In this document: positions 33,807 to 42,096 of the stretch, piece by piece | Numbering within the stretch: the stretch's first letter is position 1 | Layout: the number at the start of each line of letters is the position of its first letter | The notes under the pieces: model-generated | What the model was told of the DNA's origin: nothing | Seen by the model: only the letters and a program-made list of their open reading frames with translations | The model's database searches: none | Position numbers and translations under genes: made by a program | Assembly (NCBI GenBank): GCA_965208675.1 | Contig: OZ242351.1 | Location: 3,232,001-3,296,000, forward strand | Reading direction: 5' to 3' | Origin: Candidatus Poribacteria bacterium | GTDB lineage: Bacteria > Poribacteria > WGA-4E > PCPOR2b | DNA length: 64,000 nt

Positions 33807-34125
33807 GTAGGTTGAGTTGAGCGGAGATGGTGAATCGGAGGGAGTATTCTGAAAGGAATCCGTATGTTGAGATTGCTTGATGGGAGTTTATAATGAAGCG
33901 TAACCCAACGCATTTGAAACGTCTGGAAAACGAACCGGTTAATTCCAACCGCACAACAATCGAAACAATAAAAATCAACAGAAGGCATAAGGAGTCGTTT
34001 GGCGTTCGCAACGTCCTAACCCACGTGTTGAATTTCTGTTGTCCAGAGGTTTTAAAAGCGTTGGGTTACGCGGAAGACTATCGCCTTCGCTATCCGCTCA
34101 GTTGATCGCTCTACCCAACCTACAA
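33807..34125. repeat. REP/REPIN-like element (GTAGGTTG(G/A)GTT family)
   Basis: GTAGGTTGAGTTGAGCG..GCGTAACCCAAC paired with GTTGGGTTACGC..CCCAACCTAC; similar units at 48655-48725 and 50468-51060. Confidence 0.7.
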
Positions 34126-34182
34126 GAACTTGAGGAGGTCTCGCAAACAAACCCACCTGCGTTACCAGTCAATGTTTTGGTT

Positions 34183-35325
34183 TCAAGTGTCGGACTCGAC
34201 AAATCGAGCTATTGCGTTTTTCTCCCACTCCTGATAGCTGTCCGGGTTGTTCCGAAACCTTTTCCAAGCACTATTCAGCAACTCGACTGGGGAAGTGAAG
34301 GTCGATTTCAGTTCATGCCCGGAAACCTCTGACTCATGAAACTCACGTGGTTCAGTTTCGGTGAGCATATCATCCAACTTCTGCTGAATTATTGGAAGAA
34401 ATGCTGGGGCGTAGAAGCCATAATAGTGGTTCTCGGCGATTCCTAATGCGGAAGCGATCTGGTTCCATTCGTCTTCTAAATCGGCAGCAACTGCGTTGGA
34501 ACCCATCTGTCGGACGCGGTCGGCAAGGAGTTGGATTCGTATCCAAGTAACTGGATGGCTTCTGTGTGCGAGTTTTTCCACGTGGTATTGATTTCGTCCC
34601 AGCATTCTAAGGTACATCGAAAAAGCGTGAGTGAACGCCGCACCACCTATCACAAACCCGACAGCGTCACAGAAGAATTCTTGTGCCCAAGTGTACCATG
34701 TTTCAACAATTATCGCTCGATTTGTCTCTAGGGCGTTTGTGTACCTGTCATTCCTAACCACGTCCGGGAGAAGCAGTCTTTTAATTTCTTCTTGTAACTC
34801 CCGGACTAAATCGTCCATCTCCTTTTGATGGCATCTGTAGAGCAAATGCCCAAATTCATGGAAGTAGAGGGGTAAGTTGAGTAATCCTTGCTGGGCAGCA
34901 CATGGTGTGAAGTAGATACTGGCACCGGTCAGCCAGATACTGAATTCCCCATCACAAACTGCAACTGGGATATTTTTTGTTTTCGGATGTGTTGCGTGTA
35001 ACCATAGCAATAATTTCAAGGAGAGCCGATCTGAATTGCGAGCTCGCAGGATTGGGCTAACATGGCGTTCGTTAAATACATAAAATTCTCGGGATACCTT
35101 TTGTGTCTCGCTTAAGATGTCTTCAAGAAGATCTTGCCGTTCGGTCTCAAGGTATTTAAGATTTTGAAGCACGCTACGGCTGAAATCCTCACAAATCTTG
35201 GTAACCCAAGCTGTATATCCCGTCAGTTCCTTTGGAATGTCATTGCCTGCCTGTCTTAAGCTGCGTTGTAGTTTCCGAATTTCATGGCGTAGAGCAACGT
35301 TGTTCTGTTGAAGGAGTTCTTGCAA
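34183..35325 (-). CDS. Soluble HExxH zinc-metalloprotease-like protein (M48-like motif order)
   Basis: FHEFGH...QEFFCD...SHP..IR; TTG start with AGGAGGT RBS, directly after the upstream stop codon. Confidence 0.65.
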   Translation of the reverse strand: MQELLQQNNVALRHEIRKLQRSLRQAGNDIPKELTGYTAWVTKICEDFSRSVLQNLKYLETERQDLLEDILSETQKVSREFYVFNERHVSPILRARNSDRLSLKLLLWLHATHPKTKNIPVAVCDGEFSIWLTGASIYFTPCAAQQGLLNLPLYFHEFGHLLYRCHQKEMDDLVRELQEEIKRLLLPDVVRNDRYTNALETNRAIIVETWYTWAQEFFCDAVGFVIGGAAFTHAFSMYLRMLGRNQYHVEKLAHRSHPVTWIRIQLLADRVRQMGSNAVAADLEDEWNQIASALGIAENHYYGFYAPAFLPIIQQKLDDMLTETEPREFHESEVSGHELKSTFTSPVELLNSAWKRFRNNPDSYQEWEKNAIARFVESDT

Positions 35326-35781
35326 CTAAATACCTCCTAAAAGCTGACTAACGTCACTTTCCAAATGTTCTTCAATGAGCGTTCGGAGTTCTGCCAAAAT
35401 GGAGAGAATCGCTTGTTTGTCTGCCTCTTCGTCAGAGTGCAAAATCTGCACCACTCCTGAAAGTTTATCTCGAAGCAATGGCGATTGGATTCTGTAGTTA
35501 CGTCTCGCTTCTATAAAATTTTCGACAAACTGCTGTCTGCGCTGATCTATGCCGAGCAGAGGTTGTTTTTCGATTTCAGCGTCTTGTACCTGACGTTCGA
35601 GTTCTTTGAAAAACGAACACAACTCATTTTTTGCTTTGGTGACCGCCTTTTCATCATTTAAATCAGAGTGTCCCTCAATTTCCAATTTGGTGTGAATTGA
35701 CAGGTTATTAACAGCAGAAAGCAGTTTCTGATTTTCGTGAAAACTTTGAACAGCTAATTCTTGAGGTTTCATGGTTTTCAT
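35326..35781 (-). CDS. Hypothetical alpha-helical protein translationally coupled to the protease-like gene
   Basis: 151-aa ORF rich in E/K/L/Q; zero-bp gap to 34183-35325. Confidence 0.75.
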   Translation of the reverse strand: MKTMKPQELAVQSFHENQKLLSAVNNLSIHTKLEIEGHSDLNDEKAVTKAKNELCSFFKELERQVQDAEIEKQPLLGIDQRRQQFVENFIEARRNYRIQSPLLRDKLSGVVQILHSDEEADKQAILSILAELRTLIEEHLESDVSQLLGGI

Positions 35782-35881
35782 TCCTATATTATCTTCTCAA
35801 TGCTTTGGGTTACACCAAATCTGAAAAATAAAGTCGCATTTAGAGATTTTGAAACGCTATGAGGTTTCGGAGGGTTTGGGC

Positions 35882-35904
35882 GGGCGAGGGAACCTCGCCC
35901 CTAC
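35882..35904 (-). repeat. GTAG-type REP hairpin between pAgo and the downstream gene pair
   Basis: Minus strand GTAG-GGGCGAGG-TTC-CCTCGCCC, a perfect 8-bp stem. Confidence 0.7.
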
Positions 35905-35951
35905 GCATCTGTTTTCGTTAATGAGAAGAAATCCTTCGGAAATGGTATTAC

Positions 35952-38237
35952 TTATCGAATCCGGCGAACTTGTTGTGAATCTCGACTCTTAAGTTCGTCA
36001 TCGGTCCGCTTGAGTTCAAGTGGGAGCTTTTGAGCAACTCTGGGATTGGAAAAATTGAGATGTGTAGACGCATAAATAGCTCTGGCTACACGAGTCATGT
36101 CGATGTTAGCACTTTGACCCTCGAGCATAACCGGATCAGCTGTCCCTTGATGTAAGGTCGGAGATCCAGTCGTAATAAGAACAACAGTGCGTTCATCTAT
36201 GCGAATAGCTTTGCCCTCAAGCCCTTGGTCAACTTTCTTTCTCTGGGTTCTCTTCCACAGGCGAATATTTTTCTGAGTGCTCTTACGGAAATCTACCACA
36301 TCTACCTCTACTCCTTCGACAAGAAGCCTATTGGTAACCAACGTCTCCACTGCTTCGTTGATACCTTCTAACTCACTACCGCATTCGCGCCCATCACGTA
36401 GAATGAGAACAGAACGGAGTGGTCGAAAGTCCCTCCATTCTGCAGCATCCTCAAAGAGTTTAACAATTTCTTTGCGTAAAGCAGTTTCATTAATTGTTTC
36501 AAGTCTATAGTCGAATTTTTGTTCAACAACTGTTCTGATGTGAAGATATGGATGGAGAATAAGAAGGGATAGTGCAAAATGCCGCCGCTCTCTCCCAACA
36601 TCGATTGCGAGGTGAGCATCATAGTCAGGCATATCTGTGAATCCCCAAAATACACAATCCATCTGCTGTAGCACATCCAAAGCAATCATTTCTGTAAATG
36701 AATTCCAACCCTTTTCGGCTTTAGAATGTTGGCTACTATGGTGCCCCTCATTCAATTTGAGCCTGTCAAACTTGTTTTTTAGTTCTCTGAAAGTGATTCG
36801 CTTAACCCGCCAGTTAGAGAGCTCATAGGCGACATTATAGTAGGTTTCCGGCGATTCATCATCAAAAACAAATACAACGATTCCAGGGTCGAAGTTATGG
36901 TTAAGTTCTGAGAAGACCTCATCCAGTTCATCGTACGTTACGAGTTGCGGTGTAATATGCTCTTTTGTCAATTGCTTTAAATGCTCGGTGATATCCATAA
37001 GGAGAGCCCCTCGCATCTCTTCCGCTGCCTTATTCGGTATGGCAAATTGAACGACCCTCTTCATCATCACAGGAACACCTAAGCAGCCGTTTTTGCGTAA
37101 TAAGGCGGATCGTTGATGATAGTGCCCTTGGAATTCCTTAGAATCTCGTCTCCGTGGTGCCGGCAGAATAGCCTCATTAGAGAATTGCAATCCTGGTGGT
37201 AAAAGGTTGATGATCTTCTCAGTGGGTGGTTGCCAGAAGTCCCGAGCGACATACGGCTTTCCAGGACCGAATAGGTCATTTCCGAGGTCTTTCCAAAAAT
37301 CACTAATAAGCCAAGCGCGCTTGTATGGAGCGAGCTTGTCAATCTGTTTGAGTGAACTCGGAAGTGCATCGTTCATCACCCGCGAACGAAGCAATTTTGC
37401 TGCAACAGGTTTTGGTTCGTCCATATCTTTGAAGGATACCATTACAACGCTGTCATTAGGATTTATCTTTAAATGAGGTCGCTTCTGTCGGTAGTATTCA
37501 AACAAGGAACCATACGTTTGCCCCTCGACAAACAGTGGACCAATAGTTTCACAGGTTTCCTCTTGTAAAGGTTTCTCAAAGTAGCATTTAATCTGGTTGT
37601 TTCCTAAGTCATACAGCAATGTTCCTTTTCTTCCATATTTGCGCTGACTTAGAGCCTCGAAATCCTCTTGCAAACGCTGCTGCTCATGGTTTAGGATGTC
37701 ACATCTAAAGACATCAGCTAATGTTTTGTGGGTAAAAAACGCCATACTAACGTCTACTGAAATCCCAACACCGATGTCTTCTATTGCAATTGCCGAAACT
37801 TTAAATTGCCTGTGAACATCAAAGCCTTCGACGGTTTTGCACGACTTGGTTTCTTGGAAGATACGTGTACCATCAACGGTCGGCATCTTTAAACGGCGTT
37901 TTATTTGAATTAGGGTGTGTCTTTCAATAAGTTGAGCGAGTAATGAAGCGTCATTTCCAGATTGTGAAAATTGGAGCCTTTGTTCTTTTCCACTGTCCTC
38001 CACTTCGATAATCCAATTTCCCTCTTCCACCTTTACGAAAGGAATTCGACCTCGTGTGAATACAAGAATCTGTTTTCGTATTGGACAATAAACAGCTGCC
38101 AGATTCCGACCCTCCAGTTTACTGCAAACCTTTTCCAGTATTTTGGGGGAGTAGTTCTGCGTTGTGATTCTAGCATATCTCGTCCGAAGATATAGGTTTT
38201 TTCCTGGCTCTACAATGCGAATATTAGTTTCAGTCAT
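35952..38237 (-). CDS. ago: Long prokaryotic Argonaute (N-PAZ-MID-PIWI) with predicted intact DEDD tetrad
   Basis: PAZ-like GSLFEYYRQK..INPNDSVV; PIWI AIDVG, LETINE, ILRDGR, DFRK, GTADP, LNFSNP..KLPLELKRTDD; 761 aa. Confidence 0.88.
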   Translation of the reverse strand: MTETNIRIVEPGKNLYLRTRYARITTQNYSPKILEKVCSKLEGRNLAAVYCPIRKQILVFTRGRIPFVKVEEGNWIIEVEDSGKEQRLQFSQSGNDASLLAQLIERHTLIQIKRRLKMPTVDGTRIFQETKSCKTVEGFDVHRQFKVSAIAIEDIGVGISVDVSMAFFTHKTLADVFRCDILNHEQQRLQEDFEALSQRKYGRKGTLLYDLGNNQIKCYFEKPLQEETCETIGPLFVEGQTYGSLFEYYRQKRPHLKINPNDSVVMVSFKDMDEPKPVAAKLLRSRVMNDALPSSLKQIDKLAPYKRAWLISDFWKDLGNDLFGPGKPYVARDFWQPPTEKIINLLPPGLQFSNEAILPAPRRRDSKEFQGHYHQRSALLRKNGCLGVPVMMKRVVQFAIPNKAAEEMRGALLMDITEHLKQLTKEHITPQLVTYDELDEVFSELNHNFDPGIVVFVFDDESPETYYNVAYELSNWRVKRITFRELKNKFDRLKLNEGHHSSQHSKAEKGWNSFTEMIALDVLQQMDCVFWGFTDMPDYDAHLAIDVGRERRHFALSLLILHPYLHIRTVVEQKFDYRLETINETALRKEIVKLFEDAAEWRDFRPLRSVLILRDGRECGSELEGINEAVETLVTNRLLVEGVEVDVVDFRKSTQKNIRLWKRTQRKKVDQGLEGKAIRIDERTVVLITTGSPTLHQGTADPVMLEGQSANIDMTRVARAIYASTHLNFSNPRVAQKLPLELKRTDDELKSRDSQQVRRIR

Positions 38238-38243
38238 ATACAG

Positions 38244-39209
38244 TTACTCCTTTGGACAGACTTCTTGAAATTGACACAAAGCACATACCTTCGGTTGGGC
38301 ATAAGGGGTGAAAGCATCAGCAATCCACTGCTGCCCGAAGCGGTGCGCTGTCTGCATCTGTTCTAAATCTTGAAGAATTTTCGCTTTAGTTCGTTTTAGG
38401 TCCTTCTCAGTTACACTAAAAGTTGACACAATATCGTTAGCCAAATGGACCCGATGAAGCGTTATACGATCAATCGGGATTCCAAATTCCTGTTTCGCCA
38501 ACCATGCGTAAGCTAACATTTGCAGACTATCATCGCTGTTTCCTGCACTTCCGACTTTCCAATCAATTATTACAACTCTATCGTCTTCCCAATAGACAAG
38601 ATCTACTGTCCCTCTCAAAGTAAAACGGGATTCTTTCAAGCGCATAGGTTTCTCTATCTGTGTGGTGGTTTGGCATGCACTTTCACGAAACTGAGCAAAA
38701 TTTTGGCTCTGCACAAAGTTAGTCAATGCTGTAATAAGCCGTCTTCCCGCCTCGATGCAAACGGGTTCAGCATCCGGTAAATCGTAATAGAACTCTAATA
38801 ATGACGCAGGTGGATGATCTCCATCTGGAATCCTGTTTCCGCTTTCATATTCGCGAGAGTACACCAAATCCGCCCAGTACATCTTCCGAGCCCAACTCAG
38901 TAACCGGTCAAGTGACCATTGTTCGCCTTGCTGATTTTTTTTCAGATAAGTCCTAATAACCAAATGCAATAGATTTCCCGTTCTTAGGTGCCGGTTCTGG
39001 AGTTGTTTCAGAAATCGGAGCTTTTCCTTTTCCGGATCGTTGTTAGATTTCTTTAAACTGGGTCCGTAATACTGATAATAGTACTTTCGAGGACATTGTT
39101 CTAAAACGCCGCGGCGGGAGTAAGACCATTCCGAAAAAGTAGGATTTTCGGATTCAGGTATTCGCTCTGTTTTGCTTTTATGAAATAAAGCTAACTGTAT
39201 TGAAGACAT
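38244..39209 (-). CDS. Cas4/RecB-like PD-(D/E)XK nuclease with [4Fe-4S] cysteines
   Basis: SYS..QCPRKYY, G..LH, IE..RGTVD..IIDWK..QM..Y, C-terminal CALCQFQEVC (1+3 Cys). Confidence 0.88.
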   Translation of the reverse strand: MSSIQLALFHKSKTERIPESENPTFSEWSYSRRGVLEQCPRKYYYQYYGPSLKKSNNDPEKEKLRFLKQLQNRHLRTGNLLHLVIRTYLKKNQQGEQWSLDRLLSWARKMYWADLVYSREYESGNRIPDGDHPPASLLEFYYDLPDAEPVCIEAGRRLITALTNFVQSQNFAQFRESACQTTTQIEKPMRLKESRFTLRGTVDLVYWEDDRVVIIDWKVGSAGNSDDSLQMLAYAWLAKQEFGIPIDRITLHRVHLANDIVSTFSVTEKDLKRTKAKILQDLEQMQTAHRFGQQWIADAFTPYAQPKVCALCQFQEVCPKE

Positions 39210-39225
39210 GTATCATCTCACGCAT

Positions 39226-39570
39226 CTAACGCAGTTTCTTAAGCTGCTGTGTAAGTGTTTCCCACTCGTCATTTGTGAGTGTCATAGTTTGCGCTTCACG
39301 TAGGAATTGCTGTGCGATCGGGTTCTCACTAATAGCTTCCTTTACAGGAGTCGGCATCTTTCGCGTCATCGCTAAGAGTTTATCGGGTGGTATACCAAGT
39401 GTCTCACAGATTTTGACGATAGTATCCGCAGCAGGGGGCGGCATCCGATTGTTTTCAACCTTGCTGATATAAGAAAAATCCACACCAACCGCAGAAGCAA
39501 GTTCACGTTGAGTGATACCCTTACTCCGCCTTAGATTCTTGAGGGTCTGTCCGAAGGTTTTAGTTTCCAT
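39226..39570 (-). CDS. XRE-family HTH transcriptional regulator
   Basis: FGQTLKNLRRSKGITQRELA..VDFSYISKVEN; start taken at ATG 39570 downstream of the promoter. Confidence 0.92.
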   Translation of the reverse strand: METKTFGQTLKNLRRSKGITQRELASAVGVDFSYISKVENNRMPPPAADTIVKICETLGIPPDKLLAMTRKMPTPVKEAISENPIAQQFLREAQTMTLTNDEWETLTQQLKKLR

Positions 39571-39587
39571 TGTTATCACCGCTAACA

Positions 39588-39618
39588 ATTATAGCATGAA
39601 GTTGAGTTGAATGTCAAC
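39588..39618 (-). promoter_or_regulatory. Consensus sigma70 promoter with palindromic operator over the -35
   Basis: Minus strand TTGACA-N18-TATAAT with extended -10 TG; GTTGA-N3-TCAAC palindrome at 39606-39618. Confidence 0.8.
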
Positions 39619-39669
39619 ACAATTTACAAGACAAACTTGCCTTAATTTTACTTATTTTTGTGGTCTAAA

Positions 39670-39717
39670 TTACCGTTGGCACTGCCCCGGACTGAATGGG
39701 CTTGATTCAATATCCAC
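39670..39717 (-). pseudogene. Truncated gene start (possible AAA-ATPase N-terminus remnant)
   Basis: Strong RBS AAGGAGGTGA, then GTG-DIESSPFSPGQCQR*; SPFSPG resembles the NPF.PG start of AAA/STAND ATPases. Confidence 0.35.
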
Positions 39718-39935
39718 GTTTTTCACCTCCTTCACATTCCAGCCGCTGCAGTTGCCTCTGTAATGGTCGCAAGTTGGCTAATGCAAATCATTAACTTTGT
39801 CTTAGATTCATATGCTATCCGACCGCATTTTCTGATACGCGCTAAACCGAAACGTCTCCAGCAAACCACAACGAATAAACGCGAGCCCGCCGACGTTGAA
39901 ATGAATTGAGTACAGGTTTGCAAGTTCAAGCCAGT

Positions 39936-41123
39936 TTAAATGCTGAGATTTAGGAGGTGATACTTCGTCTTTGCAATTTCACCAGTGGTTGCGCTTTTTT
40001 CGATCGTTTCTTGAATTTTAGCTGTGTATTCTTTACTTAAGGTCGCAGTACGAATAGCTTCAATTTTTAGGGCTTCGTCCGCAATGGCGCCCGAATAGGT
40101 TTGCTCCGTAGTTCGAAATTGAAACGTCTTGTTTGGCAGGGATGCGCCTATCAAAGTACCAGTTTCCAAAAACGTCAACGGTTCTTCCTCTTCGAATTTT
40201 TTAAGAATTTCAATTGCCTTACGTATCTGATTTTTTGACAAGCCTGCTGTTCCGCCGCGTTCCGGATTCGGCGATACCCACGTAAATTGTGTGTCGGTTA
40301 CGGATTTGTTTAGGTGTTTCAGAAACTTGGCGTAACTGTTTGCAACTCTTAATCTGAGGTGCCCCAAGAGTTTTCTGAGTTCTTCTTGCTCGCTCCCAGC
40401 AGTAAGGAGATTCAGAAATTCATTTATCGCATTTCCCAATGAACTTTCGTAATGGATTTCGCTAAAAAGATTGGGAATCTGTGTTGCGCCGAGACGAACG
40501 TCGAACGATCCGGCACCCACGTCCAATAGTGACAGTTGCATTTCCCGCCTGATACCTCCAGTGAGATGTACCGACCTGTAGTAAACTGTTCCAATATTGT
40601 TGAGCACGGCTTGAAGCGATCGAAGAATATTGCTAAGCGGATTGAGTGGTGCTTCGGTCCTGAAAACCCCATCAAAATTCAACTTCAGGTTAAGTATTTC
40701 TCGATTTTCCGATTTCGCAATTTCCTCTGGATGGCTTAGCACAGGGAGGGTATCCGTTTTAAGATGGAGGCGTTCACCTGGAATCGGCAGCATGTCCGCA
40801 GGAATTTGATGGGCTGATATAGATTCAAATTGTGGCGTACCCTGATCGCCATATGGGACTATAGCCTGGATTAAACTACCATCTTCAGGATCTGCAAATG
40901 CCTCATGGAGGTCAATCGCTCCCGACCGAATGCGTTTTAGTCGTCCCTCAGAAATCCCCGCATACAGCCATTTGTCATGTTGGTCATTTTCATCAGCGGC
41001 AACAACAAGGTAAAGATGTCCAGCGGCGTTTCTGCAGGAAAAGAGAACTGGCTGGTCGTAGTATTCGAAGGTTTCTAAGATTTTCAGTTGTCCCAACATT
41101 GGGACATTGAGTAAATCATCCAT
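39936..41123 (-). CDS. DUF6575-like N-terminal domain protein
   Basis: ETFEYYDQPVLFSC..YL..W.Y..IS..RL..I.SG.IDL.EAF N-terminus, plus a GSF-containing central/C-terminal region. Confidence 0.55.
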   Translation of the reverse strand: MDDLLNVPMLGQLKILETFEYYDQPVLFSCRNAAGHLYLVVAADENDQHDKWLYAGISEGRLKRIRSGAIDLHEAFADPEDGSLIQAIVPYGDQGTPQFESISAHQIPADMLPIPGERLHLKTDTLPVLSHPEEIAKSENREILNLKLNFDGVFRTEAPLNPLSNILRSLQAVLNNIGTVYYRSVHLTGGIRREMQLSLLDVGAGSFDVRLGATQIPNLFSEIHYESSLGNAINEFLNLLTAGSEQEELRKLLGHLRLRVANSYAKFLKHLNKSVTDTQFTWVSPNPERGGTAGLSKNQIRKAIEILKKFEEEEPLTFLETGTLIGASLPNKTFQFRTTEQTYSGAIADEALKIEAIRTATLSKEYTAKIQETIEKSATTGEIAKTKYHLLNLSI

Positions 41124-41156
41124 TGTTTACCACCCTGTGAGACGATTGCTAGTCTT

Positions 41157-41561
41157 TTACCTGTCAATAACGAGAAAGACGGTCCAGGGCTTTGCGTCAA
41201 CGGGTACCCACCACGTATGATGAGACTTATAGTCAATTGATGGTGTGTGTTTTATCACGCCATGCGTCGGATTTAGGTTGCCTTCCGCAATCTGTCGGTT
41301 TTTGAATTTTCTGGCCCGTTTCTTCGTTCGCTCTAGACGTTTTTGCACGATTTGTTCGCTATCTTGCAAGTCTTTTTGAACGGACAGTCCACACCGTGTT
41401 ACCTTTGGAATATCGGTAAATTGATTTGGATTTGCTTCATAGACTGATTTGAAATCTTTTTCTTGCGGCGGGTTGTTTCGTACAAGACGGAAGAATGTAC
41501 CGGAAGCAGGTACGGCGTCCTCTGGCGGACAATTTTCTGGAAAAAAGTCTGGCCACTTCAA
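41157..41561 (-). CDS. Small protein with ART/RES-like R-S-H motif
   Basis: PENCPP..FRLV..DF.S..CGLSV..SHHTWW; TTG start; 33 bp upstream of the DUF6575-like gene. Confidence 0.55.
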   Translation of the reverse strand: MKWPDFFPENCPPEDAVPASGTFFRLVRNNPPQEKDFKSVYEANPNQFTDIPKVTRCGLSVQKDLQDSEQIVQKRLERTKKRARKFKNRQIAEGNLNPTHGVIKHTPSIDYKSHHTWWVPVDAKPWTVFLVIDR

Positions 41562-41721
41562 ATAGGAATTCCCTTCATTCGATAAATGATTGATTACCGA
41601 GTGTCATGTTTTGTTTTTTTTAACGTTTCGACAAATTATACTATACAGATGTGTTGTTTTCAAATCGATATAAGAAAGCAGATTTGTGATTTCTTAATGG
41701 TTCAGTGTGCTCTTGAGGGTT

Positions 41722-41835
41722 TTATCCCTCTGAGTTATCGACGATAGCCGTGGGCAGGCATTCGATAATTCTAGTTGATTCGACGCTGACGTGGACGATG
41801 CGTTTAATGGCGGCGAGGAGGTCGCGGGGGCGGTG
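41722..41835 (-). pseudogene. Remnant of a type ISP restriction-modification enzyme C-terminus
   Basis: Start-less frame RPRDLLAAIKRIVHVSVESTRIIECLP..* resembles the terminal helix of LlaBIII-type ISP enzymes; locally GC-rich. Confidence 0.5.
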
Positions 41836-42096
41836 ACCCAGTCTACCCTTGCACAACTCACGAAATTCCTGTAGGTATTTGTGCCGTATAGTTTCATAGT
41901 TGGCTCGCGCATTTCAAATTTATTCTGATATTTCCTGCCAACTTGCCATTTAAGACTTCTTTATGGGTTAAAAGTGGAATAATGTAAAAAAACATAACCA
42001 TTAATGCCTTTTGCGTCTAGGCGTAATCTTCTGTTTGACTTCGGAGTAAGATTAAATTGAACGCACACGGCGCGTGCATTCCCAAGTAATTGGGAA

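Noticed and set aside
38244-39209. CRISPR-Cas locus implied by the Cas4-like gene
   Set aside because: No cas1/cas2 and no regularly spaced repeat-spacer array anywhere in the window; the gene is operonic with Argonaute
41694-41912. 72-aa ORF in the track
   Set aside because: Low-complexity and without motifs; an alternative frame better explains the segment as an RM remnant
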